Shown: piece by piece, positions 57,741-64,000 of the stretch
How positions within the stretch are numbered: position 1 is the stretch's first letter
Layout of the letters: every line of letters begins with the position of its first letter
Assembly (NCBI GenBank): GCA_964014485.1
Contig: CAXHAT010000006.1
Span: forward strand, 21,070-85,069
Direction: 5' to 3'
Length of the DNA: 64,000 bases
Source of the DNA: an uncultured Deferribacteres bacterium
GTDB lineage: Bacteria > Zhuqueibacterota > Zhuqueibacteria > Zhuqueibacterales > Geothermadaptataceae
Position numbers and translations under genes: made by a program
The notes under the pieces: generated by a model
Database searches by the model: none
Told to the model about the DNA's origin: nothing
What the model saw: only the letters and a program-made list of their open reading frames with translations

Positions 57741-58421
57741 TTAATTGCGCGGTCTAAAAGCCGCCTGGCGGTACAAATTATCAAAACGTTTTTTGTTCTC
57801 GCTATAGCGCGCATCGCTCGTAAGTCTCATGCTTCCGACTTCGAGGCGGAGCGTCTCAAAATTGTCACTTAATCGGCGGTTAACGAGTCGGTCAAAACTG
57901 GTGAAACGAGAATTTAGTTTTTGCTCCTGCTGAAGCAATGCGTTGGTAAGGTATTGATCGACGTACACTTGTTGTTCCGATTGAATTTGGGCGAGGATCG
58001 CCTGCTTTGTCGTTTCGTCCAGAGCCGGAGCGGCCTGTGGCAAGACGCCCATGCTGACTTTGAGACCAGAGTCATTGTAATTCATTTGAAAATTACTCAG
58101 AGAACCAATGAGCAGCAACGCAACCAGCGCGCCGGAGAATCCGAAGGCTAAGCGTCCCGCCTTACCTTGGGGAAGCAATGCGACCGCGTCTTGCATCCAC
58201 GCCTGAAAAGTTCGTTTAGGCGTCGCTGTAAATACCAGTTTTTCAACGATTTCTTGTTGGGGCAGAAGACCTAACAGCGTGCGAGCGTCTTTCAGCGAAT
58301 GAAATTCCTGGGCGCATTCTTCGCACGTCGCAACATGTTCATTGAAGCGCTGCGCTTGCACTTCACTTAATTCTTCATAAAGAAAATCCATCAAAAGGGC
58401 TTTGTCGCAATTACTGCTCAT
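57741..58421 (-). CDS. Zinc-finger (ZAS) anti-sigma factor
   Basis: HVATCEEC (HxxxCxxC), one TM and a coiled C-terminus; overlaps the sigma factor stop. Confidence 0.85.
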   Translation of the reverse strand: MSSNCDKALLMDFLYEELSEVQAQRFNEHVATCEECAQEFHSLKDARTLLGLLPQQEIVEKLVFTATPKRTFQAWMQDAVALLPQGKAGRLAFGFSGALVALLLIGSLSNFQMNYNDSGLKVSMGVLPQAAPALDETTKQAILAQIQSEQQVYVDQYLTNALLQQEQKLNSRFTSFDRLVNRRLSDNFETLRLEVGSMRLTSDARYSENKKRFDNLYRQAAFRPRN

Positions 58422-59031
58422 AGCGAAGCGTCTCCATATCAATATTCCACTTGTCCATGACTTTTTTTAGCGCATTCAAGCCATAATACATGCGTGATTT
58501 GACCGTATTCACCGGCAATTTTAAAATATCCGCGATCTCAATAAATTTGAGACCTTGAAATTCTTTCATGATAACAACGGTTTTCTGCTCTTCGGGGATC
58601 ATGTCAAGCGCCTGCTCCAATAAAGCCCGCAATTCCGATCTTTCCAGAGTAACTTCCGGATCGACGAGGCTAAAGCCGCTCTCTTCCGTTTCGCTGGAAA
58701 CGTCAAAATTCTTGCTTTCTTGCAGCGCATCCAGCGAGTGTACGCTGGTTGCGTACTTGCTTTTGGCCTGGTCGCGACAAAGGTTCAGCGCAATTTGGTA
58801 GAGCCAGGAAGTAAACTTCCTCGCGTCCTTCAAATTTTTCAGATTCTTGTGAACTTTGATAAAGACGCGCTGAGTCAAATCCTTTGAATCCTCGCTCTTT
58901 CCCAAATACCGAAAAATAAAATTATAAATCGGCTTTTGCCAACGCCAGACAAGCGTATTGAATGCGTTAACGTCTCCTCCGATGAACCGCGTGATCAGTT
59001 GTTCATCTGTCATCAGATTTTCTTCGCTCAA
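58411..59031 (-). CDS. ECF RNA polymerase sigma factor
   Basis: GD..AF..LV, DLTQ.VF, F.SWLYQIA.N and EIA.IL..P.NTVKSR. Confidence 0.95.
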   Translation of the reverse strand: MSEENLMTDEQLITRFIGGDVNAFNTLVWRWQKPIYNFIFRYLGKSEDSKDLTQRVFIKVHKNLKNLKDARKFTSWLYQIALNLCRDQAKSKYATSVHSLDALQESKNFDVSSETEESGFSLVDPEVTLERSELRALLEQALDMIPEEQKTVVIMKEFQGLKFIEIADILKLPVNTVKSRMYYGLNALKKVMDKWNIDMETLRYEQ

Positions 59032-59092
59032 TGATTGAAATTACCGCAGCTTTTGGGCCGAAGTAATCTGGAACGTTCCTAAAACCAAAGCA

Positions 59093-59121
59093 GAGACGAC
59101 GCGCCAAGAAAAAAGGTTTTA
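59093..59121 (-). promoter_or_regulatory. Putative ECF-type autoregulatory promoter
   Basis: The minus strand reads taAAAC-17 nt (T-tract)-CGTCtc about 60 nt upstream of the sigma start. Confidence 0.6.
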
Positions 59122-59190
59122 GCTCGCCGTATCAGCTGTGGATGATTTTCTTTTCTACCGACATGCGCGAACGCCGCTTTCAGGTAAAAG

Positions 59191-59637
59191 CTACTCGGAA
59201 ATCTGCTCGCCAAGACGAAAGTGCACTGATTTCAAAACAGCGCCTTTTTCATCGAGCAAATCCACACGCCACTCACCGGTCCACGAAGGCAGCATTCTTT
59301 TCGAACTGAAGGTTCGCCAGGATGCGGAATATACCGGCAGCGTGACCTCGGCTTTTAAAGTTTCACCGTAGTACCAACGATGCTTAACGCGCGTGTTTTC
59401 CCGAGCGTTTTCGATTTCCGTAAAACAAAATATTCTCGAGACCGTGTCCGCAAATGTCGATTTTTCTCCAACTGGTTCATGGTTTTCGACGCTTTCGCAA
59501 ACGACCATCCGCGAAACGTGAATTTCGCTTTCTTCTTGAGTTTGCGCACTCAAAGCGGCAACTGTGAAAAAGGCGCTGGTTAAAAATAAAATTGTCTGAA
59601 TAGATTTGGTCAATTTCATGAATTCGTCCATATACAT
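59191..59637 (-). CDS. DUF2914-like secreted Ig-fold protein
   Basis: V.C..VEN.EP, CFTEI, H.WY, WRT.SSK and G.W.V. Confidence 0.8.
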   Translation of the reverse strand: MYMDEFMKLTKSIQTILFLTSAFFTVAALSAQTQEESEIHVSRMVVCESVENHEPVGEKSTFADTVSRIFCFTEIENARENTRVKHRWYYGETLKAEVTLPVYSASWRTFSSKRMLPSWTGEWRVDLLDEKGAVLKSVHFRLGEQISE

Positions 59638-59732
59638 TTTCTAAAACATCGTCATCAAAGGGCGATTATCTTTACCTGAGTAATACGGCCAGCCCGCCTC
59701 ATTGCGGCAATCCGGCGCTATTTTAGGCGCCC

Positions 59733-61040
59733 TCAGCCAAAGAGAGTCGTGTAAATGTAACTCGCCAGGATGACGAGCAAAACCCCCGGAACCGCCCAAC
59801 GCAGCCAATGAAACAGCAATCGTTGCAGGCCGCCTACCTCAAGGCCAAAAACCTGATTTAACATGACGCTTTTTCCGAGTCCCCAGGTTATCGCCAGAAC
59901 CGCCAGCGCGCCGCCGAAAACCTGCATGCCTGAACCAAAAATCATATCGAGTACGCCGATCAGATTTGGGTTGAATGCGCTCGGTAAAATGAAAATGATT
60001 TCCAAAACGCCAATGATAAGAATGATCTTTGCGCGCGAGAGTTTCGGAGTAAGATCGTCTTTTACGCTGCCGACAAGCACTTCCAAAGCCGCAATATTCG
60101 AAAGCAAAGCGACGGCGCAAAGAGCGAGCAGGAAGAATGCTCCAAGCATTCGCCCGGCCGGAATTTGCGCGAAGAGATTGGGCAATGTTGAAAAAATCAA
60201 CCCGGGGCCGGACGCCATGTTTAAGCCTAACGCCAAAACGGCGGGCGCGATAAAAAAGGAAGCCAGCAGTGCAGCGCCAACGTCGCCGCTCGCCACCCAA
60301 ATCGCGGAGCGCGGAATGTTCGCGTCATCGCGCAAATAACTGCCGTAAATCAGCAAAAACGTGCCGCCGAGACCGAGAGAAAAGAATGTTTGTCCAAGAG
60401 CCGCGAAGATTTCCGCCGGCCCAAGCGCTGAAAAGTCCGGCTTGAGAAAAGCGACAAATTCCTGGACGGCGCCTTCAAGGGAAAAAGCGAAGGCGACCAA
60501 CGCACCCATCACCACCAGAAAAAACGGCACGAAAAGCCTGCTCACTTTTTCGATGCCGCTGTTCAGCCCGCGATAGATTACGAAAAGGCTCCCAAAAAGG
60601 ATGGCGAGCGCAATTGCGTATTGCAAGCTTCCTTGTCCAAGCTGTTGTGAGAACGCCGGGATAGTCGTTTCAGAAAATCCGTTTGAAATGGCGAACCATG
60701 CACTGAACGCAACGTTGGCGATCACAACGATATAGTAAGAATTGGCCGTCAAAACGGTGAAGAGCAGCAGAAAACCGATGGCGCGTCCCCAGGATTTTCC
60801 AAATGCGGCGGAAAAGGCGCCAACCGGCCCTCGCCGCGTCGCCCGCCCCAACGCCCATTCGGCCATGACGGCAGGTACGGCAAAAGCGAACGTAAAAAAA
60901 AGATAAACAACAAGAAAGGCGCTGCCGCCATACTGTCCCATCATGTACGGAAAGCGCCAAACATTGCCAAGCCCGACCGAAACGCCGATCATCGTTAGAA
61001 TGGTGGCCAACGGGCTTGAAAATAGTTGACGTTGGGACAT
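59733..61040 (-). CDS. Sodium-dependent neurotransmitter-symporter (NSS/SNF) family transporter
   Basis: G.SVGLGNVWRFPY, GGSAF, GQ.FFSL and GPGLIF..LP. Confidence 0.93.
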   Translation of the reverse strand: MSQRQLFSSPLATILTMIGVSVGLGNVWRFPYMMGQYGGSAFLVVYLFFTFAFAVPAVMAEWALGRATRRGPVGAFSAAFGKSWGRAIGFLLLFTVLTANSYYIVVIANVAFSAWFAISNGFSETTIPAFSQQLGQGSLQYAIALAILFGSLFVIYRGLNSGIEKVSRLFVPFFLVVMGALVAFAFSLEGAVQEFVAFLKPDFSALGPAEIFAALGQTFFSLGLGGTFLLIYGSYLRDDANIPRSAIWVASGDVGAALLASFFIAPAVLALGLNMASGPGLIFSTLPNLFAQIPAGRMLGAFFLLALCAVALLSNIAALEVLVGSVKDDLTPKLSRAKIILIIGVLEIIFILPSAFNPNLIGVLDMIFGSGMQVFGGALAVLAITWGLGKSVMLNQVFGLEVGGLQRLLFHWLRWAVPGVLLVILASYIYTTLFG

Positions 61041-61047
61041 GGTGAAA

Positions 61048-61932
61048 TTAGACGCGCTCGATTCTTTTTAATCCGAATAAACCGTAAGGCTTGATCATCA
61101 AAACGATGACGAGGATAACGAACGGCGCGACTTCACGCACGCCGCCGCCCAGGATCGGGTCGAGGTAGCCGCTGGAAAGGCTTTCGAGCAGGCCGATGAT
61201 AAATCCGCCCAAAATTGCGCCGGGAATAGAGTCCAGCCCCCCGAGGATAACGACTGGAAAGACTTTAAGACCGAAATGCGAAAGCGACTGATTGACGCCG
61301 TTGATATTGCCCAGCATTATGCCGCCTACCGCTGCCACGATAGCGGCGATTGCCCAAGCGACGGCGAAGACGCGCTTGACGGACACGCCCATTGAAAGCG
61401 CCGCCGTTTGATCGTCGGCGACGGCGCGCATTGCCACGCCAATATTGGTGAATTTAAAAAAAAGCGTGAAAGCGACGAGAAAAACAAACGACAGCGCCAG
61501 CGACCAAAGATAGATTTGCGAGATTTCGATAAAACCGAAGTTGATTGGTTCCGTGGGGAAAATCTGGGGAAAGACATGCGTATCCGCGCCCCAGAGTATG
61601 ATTGCAATGCCGCGAAACAGGATGGACAAGCCAATGGTTAGCATGATCACGGACAAAACCGGCTCTCCGATCATCGGGCGCAAAAGGAGTCGCTCAATAA
61701 TAAATCCGAGTGCTGCAACTATCGCGAGCGTCACGAGCAAAGCCGCCACAAACGGCACGTTTTGCCCGGCGGTCAGCCAAAGACAGACGTACGCGCCAAT
61801 CATCAACAGTTCCCCTTGTGCAAAATTAATCACGCCGGACGATTTGTAGATTAGCACAAAGCCAAGCGCAATCAAGGCGTAGACGCTGCCGATGACCAAG
61901 CCAACGACGACGAGTTGTACGAAAAATTCCAT
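61048..61932 (-). CDS. Branched-chain amino acid-type ABC permease (LivH-like)
   Basis: G..YALIALGF.LIY...VINFAQG, G.AMRA.A.D and V.LGGL.SI.GA. Confidence 0.92.
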   Translation of the reverse strand: MEFFVQLVVVGLVIGSVYALIALGFVLIYKSSGVINFAQGELLMIGAYVCLWLTAGQNVPFVAALLVTLAIVAALGFIIERLLLRPMIGEPVLSVIMLTIGLSILFRGIAIILWGADTHVFPQIFPTEPINFGFIEISQIYLWSLALSFVFLVAFTLFFKFTNIGVAMRAVADDQTAALSMGVSVKRVFAVAWAIAAIVAAVGGIMLGNINGVNQSLSHFGLKVFPVVILGGLDSIPGAILGGFIIGLLESLSSGYLDPILGGGVREVAPFVILVIVLMIKPYGLFGLKRIERV

Positions 61933-61958
61933 TCAATCGCTCTGTTTTCGCAAGGCGT

Positions 61959-62534
61959 TTATTTGTTGCGCCGCAACGACGGGATTCTTTGGCCTTCCTG
62001 CGAACATTGAATTAAAACGTCAAGCCGTCGCAGCCGCGTTTCTTCCCTTTTGGCGCTCATCAACCACCAAACAGTCGCCTTCTTCGCTGATGGCGGCAAC
62101 TTCTGGAAAAACGCCCACGCTTCCGGGTTCTCTTTGATCTTTTTCTCGTAGCCCGGATTGATTCGAACGCTTTCTCGTTCATACGAATAGCGTTCGATCT
62201 TTTTAACGTCCCTTTTTTCAAATACGGCGGTTCCAGCGGGGCGCATCAAATCAAGTTCTATAAGTTCCGCCACGCGCTTCAGATTGACCGCACTCCAAAG
62301 GCTTCCCGGCCGTCGCGGAGTAAAGCGAATCTTGTAGCTGGCTTCGTCAATTGATTTGCGAATCCCGTCAATCCAGCCGAAACACAACGCTTCATCGACA
62401 GATTCCGGCCAAGTGATACTGGGCGTTCCGGTTGCTTTTTTATAGTAACCCACCCAGAGTTCGTCAACTTTGTCGTGGTGCTCTTCCAGCCATTGTCGGA
62501 AATCTTTTTGGGTAGGAAAAAACTCGGGGTTCAT
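61959..62534 (-). CDS. YdeI/OmpD-associated family protein
   Basis: F..WLE.HH, EALCFGWID, FTPRR..S.WS..N and AKREETR..R. Confidence 0.88.
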   Translation of the reverse strand: MNPEFFPTQKDFRQWLEEHHDKVDELWVGYYKKATGTPSITWPESVDEALCFGWIDGIRKSIDEASYKIRFTPRRPGSLWSAVNLKRVAELIELDLMRPAGTAVFEKRDVKKIERYSYERESVRINPGYEKKIKENPEAWAFFQKLPPSAKKATVWWLMSAKREETRLRRLDVLIQCSQEGQRIPSLRRNK

Positions 62535-62639
62535 AAATGCTTGAAGGTGAAAATGGAAGAATTCTATTTCACGGCGGCAAATCGGCGCACTCAGTTCATG
62601 ATTCGTTCATGATGCTGAATCCATTTTTGCCGTCAATTC

Positions 62640-63632
62640 TCAGAAACTCACGCCAAGTGAAAAATATTGGACTGGATCGAGACGCCCGCGATCAGACCAA
62701 GCGTAGTCGATTTGAATGTCATAAAATTTCAACCCTCCGCCGAAAGAAAGACCGCCTTCCGCATCGTCAATCATGAGCTGACGATAACCTGCGCGCAAAA
62801 AGTACGTGCCAAGTAAACCGTACTCGAAACCAACATTCACATAATTTTCCTGGCTGCTCGGGTAAAGAACGTCTGAGCTCAGAAGAACTTGCTGACGGGT
62901 TGTTTTGATCATCTCGTAAACCAGGCCGAAGCGGAAAAGCACGGGCAAATCCCAGGAGCGCGTTCTTTGCTCTGCAACAACGCCGTCGTTGTTGCCGCGA
63001 ACACGCAAATCCGGGTCAAATCGAATGGCCAAATCCGACCCGCCCATGCGCATTTCGCCGCCAAAATTTGAAAAGCTCATGCCCAAAGTTACGGGGCTAA
63101 AGGGCGTTTGGTAGGTCAAGCCAATGTCAACGGCCATGGTTGAAGCGGTGGCGTTCCAGATGCTGGAATTTATGAACTTTAAGGTGCCGCCAATATTGAA
63201 GCGGTCAGTCAGACCGCGAGCATAACTCAGCCCGATCATTAAATCCTGAGCTTGAAACAAGGCGCCGGTGCCTTCAGGACGCTCTTCCGTCGTCACCGCG
63301 AGTTGTCCGGAATTTAGCGAATAAAAAGAAGCGGCGAAATTGCCCATATCGCCCAAATTGAACATGACCGCGCCGTAACTAAGGTCAATGCCTGCAAACC
63401 ACCGAATTTGATTGAAATACGCCTGGCTTTTTTCTGCGTTCGCCGCCAAAGACGGATTCCAATAGACGGCCGATAAATCCGAGCCGTTCGCCACGGCGGA
63501 CTCACCCATTGCCTGTCCGCGCGCGCCAACGCCGATTTGGAGAAAATTGGCGACTGACGTGCCCACTTTTGTTTGGCTGGCGAGCGGTGATGAGAGAATA
63601 ATGATGATTAGAAAAACAGACGCTCTTTTCAT
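62640..63632 (-). CDS. PorV/PorQ-like outer-membrane barrel
   Basis: FLQIGVGARGQAMGE, YWNP and terminal DYA...YFSLGVSF. The signal peptide starts at MKRASVF; the ORF-track extension lies in MITE A3. Confidence 0.88.
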   Translation of the reverse strand: MKRASVFLIIIILSSPLASQTKVGTSVANFLQIGVGARGQAMGESAVANGSDLSAVYWNPSLAANAEKSQAYFNQIRWFAGIDLSYGAVMFNLGDMGNFAASFYSLNSGQLAVTTEERPEGTGALFQAQDLMIGLSYARGLTDRFNIGGTLKFINSSIWNATASTMAVDIGLTYQTPFSPVTLGMSFSNFGGEMRMGGSDLAIRFDPDLRVRGNNDGVVAEQRTRSWDLPVLFRFGLVYEMIKTTRQQVLLSSDVLYPSSQENYVNVGFEYGLLGTYFLRAGYRQLMIDDAEGGLSFGGGLKFYDIQIDYAWSDRGRLDPVQYFSLGVSF

Positions 63633-63662
63633 GAGCTTTCTCCGGCATTTATTATCGCGGAT

Positions 63663-63864
63663 TTCACTACCTGACGCTTTTTGTCTAGGTTTCCAAAATT
63701 GGCGAAAAAGGCCGGAATTGTCATGCTGGAAGCATCTTTTTGATCCTACCCTTGAACTTTTGAGCATGGTCTGTACTGGGCGATAACAAAGATTCTTACA
63801 GAATGACAAAACGGGGCCTTTCGACGGCTCGAAAATCAGTTTACAAAAAGTGTCAGGTAGAGAG
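63663..63864 (-). mobile_element. MITE family A, copy A3
   Basis: Ends ttcactacctgac / gtgtcaggtagagag; flanks tcgcggat / tcgcgaat (one mismatch). Confidence 0.88.
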
Positions 63865-63943
63865 TCGCGAATTTAACCTTTCGTTAAGAAAAACATATTG
63901 TGCTGAAAAAAGTAATCGAAAACAATCAACGGCGCAAGTTATA

Positions 63944-64000
63944 ACTGATGTTACGCGCAGTAAAGCATTTCCGAGACTCAACCGAAAACAGCATCTCATT
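63944..64000 (+). mobile_element. MITE family B, copy B6, truncated by the window edge
   Basis: actgatgttacgcgcagtaaagcatttc...catctcatt matches the reverse complement of the B1 right arm. Confidence 0.8.

Noticed and set aside
63633..63809. ORF-track N-terminal extension of the PorV-like gene, and likewise 22030-22107 of the PIG-L gene
   Set aside because: These extensions translate MITE A sequence; the real signal peptides start at 63632 and 22029.

Overview
This is a 64-kb bacterial chromosomal window of about 50% GC. It has at least six secreted proteins with a C-terminal '(N)YPNPFNP' FlgD/T9SS-like sorting domain and two PorV/PorQ-like barrels. That pattern suggests an FCB-superphylum organism such as KSB1 or Calditrichota (inference only). 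Core-type genes include a maltose-like sugar ABC transporter, manA, coaE, an NSS transporter, two separated liv-type ABC genes, two sensor kinases and an ECF sigma/anti-sigma module with a visible autoregulatory promoter. Large secreted enzymes include a 2759-aa S8 protease with an exactly spaced 1854-bp tandem duplication, a second S8 protease, a VWA-cohesin-dockerin protein and a PD40 amidohydrolase. Accessory DNA includes a BglII/BstYI-like type II restriction-modification pair and a toxin-antitoxin island at 44.2-47.3 kb. The most striking non-coding signal is a set of about 12 small non-autonomous elements (MITEs) in three unrelated terminal-inverted-repeat families, with 9-bp, 5-6-bp and 3-bp target duplications. 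They nest inside each other and carry REP-like palindromes as cargo. The same GTCAT...ATGAC palindrome class occurs free-standing and inside all three shells. No transposase, rRNA, tRNA or CRISPR array was recognised. All calls come from reading the sequence by eye; no database searches were run.
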